Shown here: positions 9,405 through 20,299 of the stretch, piece by piece | Position numbering within the stretch: position 1 is the stretch's first letter | Layout: each line of letters begins with the position of its first letter | NCBI GenBank assembly: GCA_965199855.1 | Contig: OZ241326.1 | Coordinates: 2,594,036 to 2,658,035 of the forward strand | Direction of reading: 5' to 3' | Length of the DNA stretch: 64,000 nt | Source: a bacterium | Lineage (GTDB): Bacteria; UBA8248 | Position numbers and translations under genes: made by a program | The notes under the pieces: generated by a model | Databases searched by the model: none | What the model was told of the DNA's origin: nothing | What the model saw: the letters and a program-made list of their open reading frames with translations, nothing else

Positions 9405-10531
9405 GCATGAGCCGCCTCTCCTCCTCGGTCGCCGACTTCGTCTTCGTCACCGGCTTCGCCGCCATGGAAGCCGGCGACCTCCTCATGCTCGGCGTCTCCT
9501 GTCTTCTGCTCTACCTCGCCATCCAGAAAGGCTTCGAACCTCTGTTGCTGGTGCCCATCGGATTCGGAATGTTGCTCTCCAACCTGCCCGAGACCGGCAT
9601 ATTCGAGGAGGGCGGCCTCATCCATTACTTTTATTTCGGGGTGAAGGCCGGCGTGTTTCCACCCCTGATCTTCATGGGCATCGGCGCGCTGACGGACTTC
9701 GGCCCCCTGCTGGCGAACCCGAAGACGCTTCTCCTGGGCGCGGCGGCGCAGTTCGGCATCTTCGCCACCCTCATCGGGAGCATCTTCCTGGGCTTCAGCC
9801 TGCCCGAAGCCGGCGCCATCGGCATCATCGGCGGAGCGGACGGCCCCACGGCCATCTACACCGCCTCCAAACTGGCGCCCCACCTGCTCGGCCCCATCGC
9901 CGTGGCCGCCTACAGCTACATGGCGCTCGTTCCCATGATCCAGCCCCCCATCATGCGGGCACTCACCACCGAGGAGGAGCGCAGACGGACGATGACGCAG
10001 CTCCGGGAAATCGAAAAGCCCGTCCGCATCCTCTTTCCCATCGTCACAACGCTGCTCACGGGCCTCCTGCTGCCTTCGGCCGCGCCCCTCATCGGGATGC
10101 TCATGCTCGGCAATCTCTTCCGCGAGTGCGGCGTCGTCGAGCGGCTTCTGAAAACCTCCGAGGACGCGCTGCTCAACATGGTGACGATATTCCTCGGCGT
10201 CTCCGTGGGCGCCTCAATGACGGCCGAGAGTTTTCTGAAATGGGAGACCATCGGCATCCTTCTGCTGGGGTTCGTCGCCTTCGGCATCGGAACCGCCACC
10301 GGCGTGATCTTCGGGAAGATCATGGCCGCGCTCAGCAGCGCGTCGATCAACCCTCTCATCGGCGCGGCGGGGGTGAGCGCGGTCCCCATGGCGGCGCGCG
10401 TGGTTCAGAAAGTGGGGACGGACGAAAACCCCGGGAACTTCCTGCTCATGCACGCCATGGGTCCCAACGTGGCCGGCGTCATCGGCTCGGCGATTGCGGC
10501 CGGCGTGCTGATATCGCTAATCCAAACCTGA
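9401..10531 (+). CDS. mmdB: Na+-translocating decarboxylase beta subunit (OadB/MmdB/GcdB family)
   Basis: 376 aa polytopic membrane protein, characteristic of the sodium-pump decarboxylase beta family. Confidence 0.85.
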
Positions 10532-10546
10532 CGGAGCGAAACCCTC

Positions 10547-11737
10547 ATGGCTGGACCACTCGAAGGCATCCGGGTCGTCGATCTGACGCGAATTCTGGCG
10601 GGGCCCTACTGCACCATGATGCTGGGCGACATGGGCGCCGAAGTCATCAAGATCGAAAACCCAGACGGCGGCGACGATACGCGAAGCTGGGGCCCGCCCT
10701 TCCTGAACGGGGTGAGCACGTATTTCCTCTCCATCAACCGGAACAAGAAAAGCCTCACGCTCAATCTCAAGGACGAGCGCGGAAAAGGACTTCTGCGGGA
10801 TCTGATTCGCAAGGGCGACGTGATGGTGGAGAATTTCCGGCCCGGCGCGCTGGAGAAGCTCGGATTCTCCTGGGAGGAAATCCACCGCCTCAACCCAAGG
10901 ATGATTTTCGCCTCGCTCTCCGGCTTCGGCCAGACCGGCCCCCGCAAGAGTGAACCCGGCTTTGACGTGGTCATCCAGGGCGAGGGCGGGGTGATGAGCA
11001 TCACGGGAGACCCCGACGGCCCGCCCACCAAGGTGGGCGCCTCCGTCGCGGACATCACGGCGGGAATGCTCGCCGCCCAGGGCGTCATGCTCGCCCTCTA
11101 CCACCGGGAGAAAACGGGAGTCGGCCAGATGGTGGACGTGAGCATGCTGGACGGGCAGGTGGCCCTGCTCACCTACCATGCTAACGGCTACTTCGCCACC
11201 GGCCGCGTTCCGCCGAGGCGGGGGAACAGGCACCCCTCCATCACGCCCTACGAGACCTACTCGTGCCGGGATGGGTACTTCAACCTGGGCGTGGGCAACG
11301 ACAGCCTGTGGCGAAGATTCTGCGACGCGATGGGGCTGGAGAGCGTCAAGGAAGCCCCCAGGTTCGCCGTCAACAAGGATCGGGTGAACAACCGCGAAGA
11401 ACTCCAGCAGATTCTCGACGCCTTTTTCGCCGAAAAGACGGTGGCGGAGACGCTCGAGGCCCTGCGGGGAGCCGGCATCCCGTGCGGCCCGATCAACGAC
11501 CTCGGCCAGGCGCTGACCGAGCCCCAGGTCCTCGCCCGCGAGATGGTGGTGGACATCCACGCGCCCGTCGCCGGCCCCACGAAGGTAACGGGCGTGCCCA
11601 TCAAGCTCTCGGCGACCCCGGGCGCCGTGCGGACTCCGCCGCCCGCCCTGGGCCAGCACACCGAAGAGGTGCTCGAAGCCGTCCTCGGGCTGGACGAGGC
11701 GCAAAGAAGCGCCCTTCGGGAAGCGGGCGCGGTCTGA
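10547..11737 (+). CDS. CoA-transferase family III (CaiB/BaiF) protein
   Basis: 396 aa; IRVVDLTRILAGPYCTMMLGDMGAEVIKIE N-terminus typical of family III CoA transferases. Confidence 0.85.
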   Translation: MAGPLEGIRVVDLTRILAGPYCTMMLGDMGAEVIKIENPDGGDDTRSWGPPFLNGVSTYFLSINRNKKSLTLNLKDERGKGLLRDLIRKGDVMVENFRPGALEKLGFSWEEIHRLNPRMIFASLSGFGQTGPRKSEPGFDVVIQGEGGVMSITGDPDGPPTKVGASVADITAGMLAAQGVMLALYHREKTGVGQMVDVSMLDGQVALLTYHANGYFATGRVPPRRGNRHPSITPYETYSCRDGYFNLGVGNDSLWRRFCDAMGLESVKEAPRFAVNKDRVNNREELQQILDAFFAEKTVAETLEALRGAGIPCGPINDLGQALTEPQVLAREMVVDIHAPVAGPTKVTGVPIKLSATPGAVRTPPPALGQHTEEVLEAVLGLDEAQRSALREAGAV

Positions 11738-11816
11738 GGCCCGGCGCGCGGACGCCCGACAGGGGCTCCCGCGTCATCAGGCCGCAGGGGCAGGAAGGAA
11801 CGAGCTGAGGACAAAC

Positions 11817-12485
11817 ATGCGGATACCGGGCGTTCAAATCAAAAAGCCCAAATCCCTGAGCAAAATGGCGGCCGAGCAGATAAAGGACGCCATCCTGAAT
11901 GGAACCCTCCAGCCGGGCGACAAGCTTGTCGAGACCTCGCTCACCGAGTCCATGGGCGTGAGCAGAACCCCGCTTCGGGAAGCCTTCCGGGAGCTCGCGG
12001 CGGAAGGCTACATCACCGTCGTCCCCTACAAGGGCGCGCGCGTGAGCCGCCTGAGCGAAGACGAAGTTCTGGATATTTACGCCATCACCAGCGTGCTGGA
12101 GGGCCTCGCCACGCGCCTCGCCACCCCGAGCCTCCGGGAAGGGCGGGCGAGCGAAGCGCTCCACCGTTTTTTTCAACAGCTGAAGCGGCGTCACGAGCGC
12201 GGCGAAGTGGACGCCTACTGGGCGGCGAACCGCGACTTCCACCGGCACATCACGAGCGCCTGCGGGAATTCGAGGCTTCAGACGCTCATCGGAAGCCTGC
12301 GGCAGCAAATCATGAAGACCCGCGTGCTGACGCTCCACGCGCCCGATCGCCTCGACGGCTCCATGGCCGAGCATGAGGAAATTCTAGGAGCCATTCTCGA
12401 AGGCGACGGCAGAGCCGCCGAGCGTCTGGTGATAAGGCATCTGGAAATTCAGGGAAAATTCGTGCTGGACCTCATCAAGAAATAA
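11817..12485 (+). CDS. GntR family transcriptional regulator (FadR/FCD subfamily)
   Basis: 222 aa; N-terminal wHTH (LVETSLTESMGVSRTPLREAFRELAAEGYI) plus FCD-like C-domain. Confidence 0.8.
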   Translation: MRIPGVQIKKPKSLSKMAAEQIKDAILNGTLQPGDKLVETSLTESMGVSRTPLREAFRELAAEGYITVVPYKGARVSRLSEDEVLDIYAITSVLEGLATRLATPSLREGRASEALHRFFQQLKRRHERGEVDAYWAANRDFHRHITSACGNSRLQTLIGSLRQQIMKTRVLTLHAPDRLDGSMAEHEEILGAILEGDGRAAERLVIRHLEIQGKFVLDLIKK

Positions 12486-12515
12486 CCCGCTTCCGGTTCA
12501 AACGCCGGGCGGGAC
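12474..12515 (-). terminator. Candidate intrinsic terminator for the ald transcript (hairpin CCCGCCCGG...CCGGAAGCGGG spanning the ald stop codon, followed by UUAUUUCUU)
   Basis: GC stem-loop at 12486-12514 (+ coords) with U-rich tract on minus sense; lies in the convergent gntR/ald junction. Confidence 0.4.
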
Positions 12516-13631
12516 TTCAAAAAAAACTTCTCTCGCGCTCACGGGCTTCATTCCCAGGGCCTTCGCCACGCCGGCGTGGGTGATGCGCCCCTCGCCCACG
12601 TTCAGGCCGTCGGCGAGGTAGGGGTTGCGCGCCATCGCTTCCCTGATCCCCAGGTTGGCCAGTTCCAGCACGTAGGGGAGCACGGCGTTCGAGAGCGCGA
12701 TGGTGCTCGTGCGGGGAACGGCTCCGGGCATGTTCGCCACCCCGTAGTGGACGATGCCGTCAACCACATAGGTAGGCCTGGAATGATAGGTGGGGCGAAT
12801 CGTCTCCACGCAACCACCCTGATCCACCGCCACGTCCACGACAACGGCGCCCGGGTTCATCTCCCCCAGCATCTCGCGCGGCACCAGAACGGGCGCGCGC
12901 GCGCCGGGCACCAAGACGGCGCCGATGACCAGGTCCGCTTCGCAGACGGCCTCCCGGACGGCGAAGCGCGTGGACACCAGTGTTTTGACCCGGCCGTCGA
13001 AAATGTCGTCAATGTATTCGAGCCGCGCGTGGTTGATGTCGAACACCGTGACGCCCGCGTGCATCCCGACCGCGATTTTGGCCGCGTTCTTCCCCACGAT
13101 GCCCGCTCCGAGGATGACCACGTTCCCCCGGGGAACGCCCGGCGCCCCGGCGAGCAGAACGCCGCGCCCACCCGCGTTCTTCTCCAAATATTTCGCCCCT
13201 TCCTGCACCGCCATCCTGCCCGCGATCTCGCTCATGGGCTGAAGGATGGGCAAGACGCCGTTGGGCGAGCTCACCGTCTCGAACGCCACCCCATAGCCTC
13301 CCCGCCTCAAGAGGGCGCGCGCGAGGGGCCGGCAGGCGGCCAGATGCAGAAAGGCGAACAGAATCTGCCCCTCGCGCATCAGCGGGAACTCCGCTTTCAG
13401 GGGCTCCTTCACCTTGACGATCATCTCCCCCTTCGCCCAGACTTCTTCAGCGGAGGAGACGAGGCGCGCGCCCGCTTTTTCGTAGTCTTCATCCGGGATG
13501 CCCGCGCCCAGGCCCGCGCCCTTCTCGACCATCACGAGGTGGCCTGCCTCCGAGAGCGCCTCCACGGCGCCGGGCGAAAGAGCAACCCTGTACTCATCCC
13601 GCTTGATTTCCCTCGGGATACCGACTCTCAT
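12498..13631 (-). CDS. ald: Alanine dehydrogenase
   Basis: 377 aa; [26 protein letters not shown]..., NAD Rossmann [10 protein letters not shown]. Confidence 0.85.
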   Translation of the reverse strand: MRVGIPREIKRDEYRVALSPGAVEALSEAGHLVMVEKGAGLGAGIPDEDYEKAGARLVSSAEEVWAKGEMIVKVKEPLKAEFPLMREGQILFAFLHLAACRPLARALLRRGGYGVAFETVSSPNGVLPILQPMSEIAGRMAVQEGAKYLEKNAGGRGVLLAGAPGVPRGNVVILGAGIVGKNAAKIAVGMHAGVTVFDINHARLEYIDDIFDGRVKTLVSTRFAVREAVCEADLVIGAVLVPGARAPVLVPREMLGEMNPGAVVVDVAVDQGGCVETIRPTYHSRPTYVVDGIVHYGVANMPGAVPRTSTIALSNAVLPYVLELANLGIREAMARNPYLADGLNVGEGRITHAGVAKALGMKPVSAREVFFEVPPGV

Positions 13632-14053
13632 CGCTCCTCCGTCCCTTCCTCCACGACGTGAAACGTGCTTTCCGCCTCGGCGACGGAGCGGCCGTCCCCG
13701 GCGCGGATCGCCCTGCCCGCCAGAACGACGAACCTGCCCTTTTTCCTCTTCAATCTTCCTTCAAGCAACAGGGGCGTGCCGACCGGCAAGGGGTCGCGGT
13801 AGCGAATTTCGCTTCGCGCCGAATAGGCGCGGACACCCTTCAGGAAGAGCCAGTTCGCCATCACGTCGTCCAGAACGCTGAAGATGATTCCGCCGTGCGT
13901 GACGCCGTCGTAGCCCTGGTGATGGGGACCCGGCGTGAATTCGGCGCGGCAGACATCGCCCTCGAGCCGAAAACGGATTTTCAGGCCAATCGGGTTCCCG
14001 GGCCCGCAGACGAAGCATTCATCCGCGTCCGGGCGTCCTCTCGAGTCAGACAA
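13628..14053 (-). CDS. PaaI-family (hotdog fold) thioesterase
   Basis: 141 aa; GPHHQGYDGVTHGGIIFSVLDDVMA motif of hotdog thioesterases; overlaps ald start by 4 nt. Confidence 0.65.
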   Translation of the reverse strand: MSDSRGRPDADECFVCGPGNPIGLKIRFRLEGDVCRAEFTPGPHHQGYDGVTHGGIIFSVLDDVMANWLFLKGVRAYSARSEIRYRDPLPVGTPLLLEGRLKRKKGRFVVLAGRAIRAGDGRSVAEAESTFHVVEEGTEER

Positions 14054-14083
14054 CGGCGCGCCTCCGCTTCATTCGACATTCCA

Positions 14084-14110
14084 TAAAAAAAGAGAGCCTC
14101 GACGGCTCTC
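14084..14110 (-). terminator. Rho-independent terminator ending the alpha operon (after rplQ)
   Basis: Minus-sense GAGAGCCGUCGAGGCUCUC hairpin followed by UUUUUUU; 28 nt downstream of rplQ stop. Confidence 0.8.
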
Positions 14111-14137
14111 CTTCAGGCGCCGCTCATGTTCTGGCCC

Positions 14138-14560
14138 CTAAGCTTCCCCTTGGGCCTCTTTTTTCTTCCGGCGACGCTCGATCCTCTCTTCCTCTCTCGA
14201 GGTGTCCCTGTCGATCAGCTCCAGAATCGCCATGGGCGCGGCGTCCCCTTGCCGGGGCGGAAGGCGCAGAATTCGTGTATAGCCGCCGGGCCGCTCCGCA
14301 TACCTCGGGGCGACGGCGTCCATGAGCTTGGCCACCGCCGCCGGGGTCTTGAGATAGGCCGCGACTTGGCGGCGGGCGTGAAGCGTGCCCCGTTTGCCCA
14401 CGGTGATGATGCGCTCAGCGTGGCGGCGAACTTCCTTGGCCTTCGCCAGCGTCGTCCGCACCCGCTCCTCGTCGATCAGGGAGGTCACCATGTTCCGCGT
14501 CATCGCATCCCGATGCTTCGAGGTGCGCCCCAGTTTTCTTCCGTGCCATCGGTGCCGCAT
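14138..14560 (-). CDS. rplQ: 50S ribosomal protein L17
   Basis: 140 aa, [25 protein letters not shown]... Confidence 0.9.
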   Translation of the reverse strand: MRHRWHGRKLGRTSKHRDAMTRNMVTSLIDEERVRTTLAKAKEVRRHAERIITVGKRGTLHARRQVAAYLKTPAAVAKLMDAVAPRYAERPGGYTRILRLPPRQGDAAPMAILELIDRDTSREEERIERRRKKKEAQGEA

Positions 14561-14571
14561 CTTTCCACGCC

Positions 14572-15597
14572 CTACCCTTCTTGTGAGTCGTCCCGCCCGC
14601 TCAGGCCTATCGGCGGGAGATCCATGTGGCTCAAATCCATGCCCAGCGACAAGCCCATCCCCGTAAGAATATCACGAATCTCGTTCAGACTCTTGCGGCC
14701 GAAGTTGCGCGTTTTCAGAAGCTCGCCCTCGGTTTTCTGCACCAGTTCGCCCAGCGTGCCGATGCGCGCGTTTTTCAGGCAGTTGTAGCTGCGAACCGAA
14801 AGCTCAAGCTCCTCCACGCTCCTGGCGAGGTTCTCCGCCATTCTCTGCTTGCGCTCGTCCACCTTGGGCGTCTGGGGCGCTTCTTCCTCCTCGAAATTGA
14901 TGAATATCTGGAGGTTGTCCTTCAATATCTTCGCCGCGTGGGCGACCGCGTCCACGGGGGCGATGGTGCCGTTCGTCTCCACATCGAGAATCAGCTTGTC
15001 GTAGTCCGTGATGTCGCCCACCCGCGTCTTCTCCACCTGAAAGGCGCAGCGGCGGATGGGAGAGAAGACGGAGTCCATCGGGATGAACTGGGGGCCTAAA
15101 TCCACATCCATGTTTCTCTCGGCGGGAACGTAGCCGCGGCCTATGTTCGCCACGAGTTCCACGTCGAGTTCCGCCTCGTCGTTCATGTTGGCGATCTCAA
15201 TGTCGGGAGTCAGCACCTTCACGTCCGGGGGCGTCTCAATATCGCCCGCCCTGAACACGCCGGCCGAGCCCGAATGGCGGTAATTCATGTGGAAGGGCGC
15301 GTTTTCCGAGTCCACCTGAATGACCACATCCTTGAGATTCAGGATGATCTCCGTCACGTCCTCCATGACGCCCGGAATGCTCGAAAACTCGTGAAACACC
15401 CCCTCGATGCGCACGCCCGTGAACGCGGCCCCCTGGAGGGAGGACAGAATCACCCGGCGAAGCGCGTTGCCCAGCGTGACGCCGTACCCACGCTCCAAGG
15501 GTTCGGCGACAAAGCGGCCGAAAGTATCGGTCAGGCTCTCCGGCTGCGGCTCCAGGCCGGAGGGCTTGACCAGATCGGCGATGGCTGTCATTTCCAT
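14572..15597 (-). CDS. rpoA: DNA-directed RNA polymerase alpha subunit
   Basis: 341 aa with NTD and CTD; position after rpsD. Confidence 0.95.
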   Translation of the reverse strand: MEMTAIADLVKPSGLEPQPESLTDTFGRFVAEPLERGYGVTLGNALRRVILSSLQGAAFTGVRIEGVFHEFSSIPGVMEDVTEIILNLKDVVIQVDSENAPFHMNYRHSGSAGVFRAGDIETPPDVKVLTPDIEIANMNDEAELDVELVANIGRGYVPAERNMDVDLGPQFIPMDSVFSPIRRCAFQVEKTRVGDITDYDKLILDVETNGTIAPVDAVAHAAKILKDNLQIFINFEEEEAPQTPKVDERKQRMAENLARSVEELELSVRSYNCLKNARIGTLGELVQKTEGELLKTRNFGRKSLNEIRDILTGMGLSLGMDLSHMDLPPIGLSGRDDSQEG

Positions 15598-15657
15598 GGG
15601 TCCTCCGTTCGGCGGTTGACCATTTTTTGAACAAACCGGTCGAGACGCGCGCTTCGC

Positions 15658-16290
15658 TTATTTGGAGTAGAGCTCCACGATCTGCTGCGCGTTGATGTCG
15701 ATTTGGGAATCAAGCAGGCTGGGCGGCTCCAGGACGCGCGCCTGAAGGTCCGCGTAGTCCACGTCGAGCCAAGCGGGCGCGCCGCGCGCCTTTCCCTTCT
15801 CCGCGCTTTGGAGGATCAGCCCGTTTTTCCTGCTCTTCTCCTTGATCTCCACGACGTCGCCTTTTCGCACGGCGAACGCCGGGCGGTTCACCTTCTTTCC
15901 GTTCACCCGGACGTGGTTGTGAATCACCAGCTGGCGCGCCTGGTTGCGTGAATCCGCGAAGCTCGCCCGGAACACGACATTGTCGAGGCGGGATTCGAGC
16001 AACGAAAAAAGGTTGTCGCCGGTCACGCCCCTGCGCCGCGCCGCCTCCTTGTAATAGAGCCGGAACTGCTTCTCCAGAACGCCATACACCCGACGCGCCT
16101 TCTGCTTTTCACGGAGCTGAAGCCCGTATTCGCTCACCTTCCCCCTCGAGCGCGCCGCGCCGTGCTGTCCCGGCGGGAAACTGCGCTTCTCGAAAGAGCA
16201 TTTGTCCCCGATGCAACGGTCGCCCTTCAGGAAAAGTTTCATCCCTTCTCTGCGGCAAAGCCGGCAGACCGAATCCTTGTATCGCGCCAA
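15658..16290 (-). CDS. rpsD: 30S ribosomal protein S4
   Basis: 210 aa, [26 protein letters not shown]... zinc-ribbon S4. Confidence 0.95.
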   Translation of the reverse strand: MARYKDSVCRLCRREGMKLFLKGDRCIGDKCSFEKRSFPPGQHGAARSRGKVSEYGLQLREKQKARRVYGVLEKQFRLYYKEAARRRGVTGDNLFSLLESRLDNVVFRASFADSRNQARQLVIHNHVRVNGKKVNRPAFAVRKGDVVEIKEKSRKNGLILQSAEKGKARGAPAWLDVDYADLQARVLEPPSLLDSQIDINAQQIVELYSK

Positions 16291-16315
16291 AATTCAGACT
16301 CCTTCTCTGCTCCGA

Positions 16316-16717
16316 CTAGACCCGGCGCCGCTTGCGCGGCCGACAGCCGTTGTGGGGGATGGGCGTTACGTCCCGAATGAGGCTCACCTCGAGCCCCGCC
16401 GCCGCCAGCGAGCGAATCGCCGCCTCCCGGCCGGAGCCGGGCCCGCTCACATAGACCTCCACCGAGGTCACGCCCAGATCCAGCGCCTTCTTGGCGACGT
16501 CCGCCGCGGCCATCTGGGCGGCGAAGGGCGTGCTCTTCCGCGAGCCCTTGAAGCCCTGGCCGCCCGCCGTCGACCAACAGACCACGTTCCCGGCCGTGTC
16601 GGAAATCGAAATCATCGTGTTGTTGAACGTCGCCAGAATGTGGGCCTGTCCTTTGCCGATGGCCCTGCGCTCGCGGCGCCGCCTTCCGCCGCGCCTGCCT
16701 CTGCCCGCCTGCGCCAA
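16316..16717 (-). CDS. rpsK: 30S ribosomal protein S11
   Basis: 133 aa, conserved S11 core ([22 protein letters not shown]...). Confidence 0.95.
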   Translation of the reverse strand: MAQAGRGRRGGRRRRERRAIGKGQAHILATFNNTMISISDTAGNVVCWSTAGGQGFKGSRKSTPFAAQMAAADVAKKALDLGVTSVEVYVSGPGSGREAAIRSLAAAGLEVSLIRDVTPIPHNGCRPRKRRRV

Positions 16718-16759
16718 CTCAAATCTCCTGTCTTGAGAGACGAAACGAAAAAAGTGAAA

Positions 16760-17134
16760 TCAGCTGTCCCTTTTCTTTGCGCCCACCGTCTTGCGGGGGC
16801 CCTTGCGGGTGCGCGCGTTCGTATGGGTTCTCTGCCCGCGCACGGGGAGGCCGCGGCGGTGCCGAAGCCCCCGATAGGAGCCCATGTCCATCAGCCTCTT
16901 GATGTTCATGGTCACCCGGCTCCTCAGGTCGCCCTCCACCGCGTAGCCGCGCTCGATGATCTCGCGCAGGGCCTGCACCTCGCCCTCAGTGAGGTCCTTC
17001 ACCTTGGAGAAGGCGTCGATTTTCGCCTCCGCCGCGATTTTCCCCGCGGAGGTGCGTCCGATTCCGTAGATATACGTCAGCGCGATATCGACGTTCTTGT
17101 CGTTGGGTATGTCCACTCCGGCGATGCGGGCCAT
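16760..17134 (-). CDS. rpsM: 30S ribosomal protein S13
   Basis: Listed ORF trimmed to [13 protein letters not shown]... (124 aa). Confidence 0.95.
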   Translation of the reverse strand: MARIAGVDIPNDKNVDIALTYIYGIGRTSAGKIAAEAKIDAFSKVKDLTEGEVQALREIIERGYAVEGDLRSRVTMNIKRLMDMGSYRGLRHRRGLPVRGQRTHTNARTRKGPRKTVGAKKRDS

Positions 17135-17157
17135 TCGCGTTCTCCTCTGCTTCCGCC

Positions 17158-17271
17158 TCAGCCCTGGCGCTGCTTGTGCTTGGGGTTCGAGCACATGACG
17201 CGAACGACCCCCTTGCGGCGGATGACCTTGCACTTGTCGCACATCGGCTTGACGGAACTTCTCACCTTCAT
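17158..17271 (-). CDS. rpmJ: 50S ribosomal protein L36
   Basis: Unlisted 37-aa [40 protein letters not shown] between rpsM and infA. Confidence 0.9.
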   Translation of the reverse strand: MKVRSSVKPMCDKCKVIRRKGVVRVMCSNPKHKQRQG

Positions 17272-17305
17272 GGCATGACTCCGAACTTCAACCGAAAACC
17301 CCGGC

Positions 17306-17593
17306 CTATTTATAGCGGCTCGTTATCCGCCCCCGCGTCAAATCGTAGGGCGAAAGCTCCACCTTCACGTTGTCGCCCGGGAGGATGCGGATGAAGTGCA
17401 TTCGCATCTTTCCCGAGATGTGGGCCAGCACCTTATGCCCCCCCTCGAGTTCGACGCGAAACATCGCGTTCGGCAGGGGCTCCAAAACGACGCCGTCCAC
17501 TTCTATCACGCCTTCCTTGGGGGCGCGCTCTTCGCGCTCCACCTGCTCGCGCTTTCTTCGCCTCCGGCTTCCCCCCCGGCGCGGCCTCTTCAT
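17306..17593 (-). CDS. infA: Translation initiation factor IF-1 (with ~25-aa Arg-rich N-terminal extension)
   Basis: Core [70 protein letters not shown] preceded by [25 protein letters not shown]; start overlaps map stop (ATGA). Confidence 0.85.
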   Translation of the reverse strand: MKRPRRGGSRRRRKREQVEREERAPKEGVIEVDGVVLEPLPNAMFRVELEGGHKVLAHISGKMRMHFIRILPGDNVKVELSPYDLTRGRITSRYK

Positions 17594-18342
17594 GCGGCGC
17601 GGCTCAGAATATCCGGACCGGCTTCCGTGATGGCGACGGAATGCTCGAAATGCGCGGAAAGCTTCTCGTCCGCCGTGACGACCGTCCACGCATCGCTCAA
17701 TACCTTCACCTCATGAACGCCCAGGTTCAGCATGGGCTCAATCGCCAGAACCATGCCCGCCTTGAGTTCCGGCCCCGTGCCGGGCTCGCCGAAATTCGGA
17801 ATCTGGGGCTCCTCGTGAAGATTCGTTCCCACCCCGTGTCCCACATAGGCGCGAACCACCGAAAAGCCGGCGCCTTCCGCGTGCTTCTGCACGGCGTGGG
17901 AGATGTCAAACAGCCGGTTGCCCGGCCGCGCCTGCTCAATTCCCTTGAAAAGCGACTCCTCGCAACATCGCAACAGGTCCTTCGCCCCCGAGCCGACGCT
18001 GCCCACCGGAAACGTGATCGCATGATCGCCGAAGTAGCCATACAACTTCGCTCCGACGTCCACGCTGACAATGTCGCCCTCCTTCAGCTTCCTCCCGGAG
18101 GGCACGCCGTGCACCACCTCCTCGTTCACCGAAGCGCAGATGGTGTGCCGGTAGCCCCTGTAGCCCTTGAAAGCGGGTATCGCTCCGGCCTCGCGGATGG
18201 TCCGCTCCGCCATGGCGTCCAGCTCCAGCGTCGAGACGCCCGGCCGAATCGCCTTCCTCAATTTCTCCATGACGCGCGTCACCACCCGGTTACTGTCTCG
18301 CAGACGCTCGATTTCTTTGCCCGAACGAAGGATGATAGCCAT
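17590..18342 (-). CDS. map: Methionine aminopeptidase type I
   Basis: ORF trimmed to [16 protein letters not shown]...; pita-bread fold metal ligands; 1-nt overlap with adk stop (TAATG). Confidence 0.9.
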   Translation of the reverse strand: MAIILRSGKEIERLRDSNRVVTRVMEKLRKAIRPGVSTLELDAMAERTIREAGAIPAFKGYRGYRHTICASVNEEVVHGVPSGRKLKEGDIVSVDVGAKLYGYFGDHAITFPVGSVGSGAKDLLRCCEESLFKGIEQARPGNRLFDISHAVQKHAEGAGFSVVRAYVGHGVGTNLHEEPQIPNFGEPGTGPELKAGMVLAIEPMLNLGVHEVKVLSDAWTVVTADEKLSAHFEHSVAITEAGPDILSRAA

Positions 18343-18971
18343 TAAGCGACCACTTGGGCAACACCCGCCTCCACCCTTTTGGCGATATCCTCCGAGTCGC
18401 CCTCGCCGTCGATTTCCGCAAGCCGGCCCTTCGCGCGATAAAACGACACCAGCGGCTCGGTGTGCTCCCGATACACCTGAAGGCGGCGCAGCACCGTGCT
18501 CTTCATGTCGTCCTCGCGCTGGTAGAGGTCGCCCCCGCAGACGGAGCAGAGCGAGATGTCCGTGCGGGGATACACCGCGCCGCATTTCCGGCAAGTAAGC
18601 CTGCCGGCGAGCCGCGACAGAACGGTCTCGTCCGACACCCTCATGTAGAGGACCACGTCCACGCTTTCGGGCAACACCCTTTCCAGGGCCTCGCCCTGCT
18701 CGATCGTCCTCGGGAAGCCGTCCAGGATGAAGCCCCTGCCGCAGTCCTTTCGGGCGATGCGCTCTTCGATGACCGATACGATGAGGTCGTCCGGCACGAG
18801 CCTTCCCTGGTTGATGATGCTCTCCACCTGCTGGCCGAGCGCCGTCTTCTCCGCCGCCGCCTGGCGCAACATGTCCCCCGTCGAGATTTCGGGGATACAG
18901 AGCGATTTCGCCAAAACGGCGCCCTGCGTGCCCTTTCCCGATCCCGGCGGCCCCAGAAGGATGATTCTCAC
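18342..18971 (-). CDS. adk: Adenylate kinase (zinc-lid type)
   Basis: 209 aa; GPPGSGKGTQ P-loop; CRKCG...CSVCG lid. Confidence 0.95.
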   Translation of the reverse strand: MRIILLGPPGSGKGTQGAVLAKSLCIPEISTGDMLRQAAAEKTALGQQVESIINQGRLVPDDLIVSVIEERIARKDCGRGFILDGFPRTIEQGEALERVLPESVDVVLYMRVSDETVLSRLAGRLTCRKCGAVYPRTDISLCSVCGGDLYQREDDMKSTVLRRLQVYREHTEPLVSFYRAKGRLAEIDGEGDSEDIAKRVEAGVAQVVA

Positions 18972-18976
18972 GCGCG

Positions 18977-20299
18977 CTATCCCGCCCGGCCCCGGATGCG
19001 GCCCCGCCGCAGGAAGCCCTCGTAGTTCCTCATCACCAGATGCGACTCAATCTGCCGCTGGGTGTCCACCGCCACGCCCACGACGATCAGCAGCGCCGTG
19101 CCGCCGAAGAAGAACGGCACGTTGAACCACTGGATGAGATAGGTGGGCAGAATGACGATGGCGCTCAGGTAGATGGCGCCCAGGAAGGTCAGCCGGCTCA
19201 GGGTGCGGTCGATGAAATCCGCGGTGGGCCGGCCCGGTCGCCTGCCGGGAACGAAGCCGCCGTATTTTCTCAGGTTCTCCGCCACGTCCATCGGGTTGAA
19301 GATGATAGCGGTGTAGAAATACGCGAAGAAGAAGATCAGCACGACCGTCAGCACCACGTACCAAGCGCTTGGCGGCGTGAGCGCCGCGCTCAGCTGCTGG
19401 AGCCAGGCCACGTTCGAAAACTGCGCGATTGTCGCGGGAAAGAGAATCATCGAGCTCGCGAAGATCGGCGGGATGACGCCGGAGGTGTTGACCTTGAGCG
19501 GCAGGTGGGTCTCCTGGCCGCCCGCCATCTTGCGGCCCACCATCCGCTTCGCGTATTGAACCCGGATGCGCCGCTGCCCCGCCTCGAACCAGACCACGAG
19601 GCCCACGACGGCCACCATGCCCACCGCCAGAACGATCATGACGAAGGGCTGCAACTCCCCTGTGCCCAGCAGGCGGAAGGTGTTGATGATCGCTCCGGGC
19701 AGGCCGGCGACGATGCCCGCAAAGATGATGAGGGAGATTCCGTTGCCGATGCCGCGCTCGGTGATTTGCTCGCCGAGCCACATGATGAACGAGGTGCCCG
19801 CCACCAGGGTGAGCACCGTCATCAGGCGAAAGCCCCAGCCGGGCTCCGGCACCACGAGAGCGCCCGTGGGAGCGGCCATCTGCTCGATGCCGACGGCGAT
19901 GCCAAAGCCCTGCACCGTCGAGAGGAACACCGTGCCGTAGCGGGTGTATTGGTTGATCTTCTTGCGCCCCGACTCCCCTTCCTTCTTCAGGCGTTCGAGG
20001 TGGGGAACCGCGACCGTGAGCAGTTCCAGGATGATGGAGGCGCTGATGTAGGGCATGATGCCCAGGGCGAAAATCGTCAGCTGGCTCAGGGCGCCGCCCG
20101 TGAACAGATCGAAGAACTGCATGAGCGTGCCGCCGCCTCTGCTCAGCTCGGCGAAGAAGGCGGCCAGCGCCACGGTGTCGATTCCCGGCGTGGGGATGTG
20201 CGCTCCGATGCGATAGACCGCCAGAATTCCGAGCGTGAAAAGAATCCGGTTCTTGAGCTCGGGCACCTGAAAGATGTTGGGAACGCCGCCTTCCCTCAC
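18977..20299 (-). CDS. secY: Preprotein translocase subunit SecY
   Basis: 440 aa, 10-TM SecY signature. Confidence 0.95.
   Translation of the reverse strand: MREGGVPNIFQVPELKNRILFTLGILAVYRIGAHIPTPGIDTVALAAFFAELSRGGGTLMQFFDLFTGGALSQLTIFALGIMPYISASIILELLTVAVPHLERLKKEGESGRKKINQYTRYGTVFLSTVQGFGIAVGIEQMAAPTGALVVPEPGWGFRLMTVLTLVAGTSFIMWLGEQITERGIGNGISLIIFAGIVAGLPGAIINTFRLLGTGELQPFVMIVLAVGMVAVVGLVVWFEAGQRRIRVQYAKRMVGRKMAGGQETHLPLKVNTSGVIPPIFASSMILFPATIAQFSNVAWLQQLSAALTPPSAWYVVLTVVLIFFFAYFYTAIIFNPMDVAENLRKYGGFVPGRRPGRPTADFIDRTLSRLTFLGAIYLSAIVILPTYLIQWFNVPFFFGGTALLIVVGVAVDTQRQIESHLVMRNYEGFLRRGRIRGRAG

Noticed and set aside
12474-12530. A8 tract plus hairpin at the gntR/ald convergent junction as a bidirectional terminator
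   Set aside because: For the plus strand the hairpin is followed by A-rich, not U-rich, sequence. Only the minus-strand (ald) orientation has a downstream U-rich tract, so it is reported as a unidirectional candidate only.
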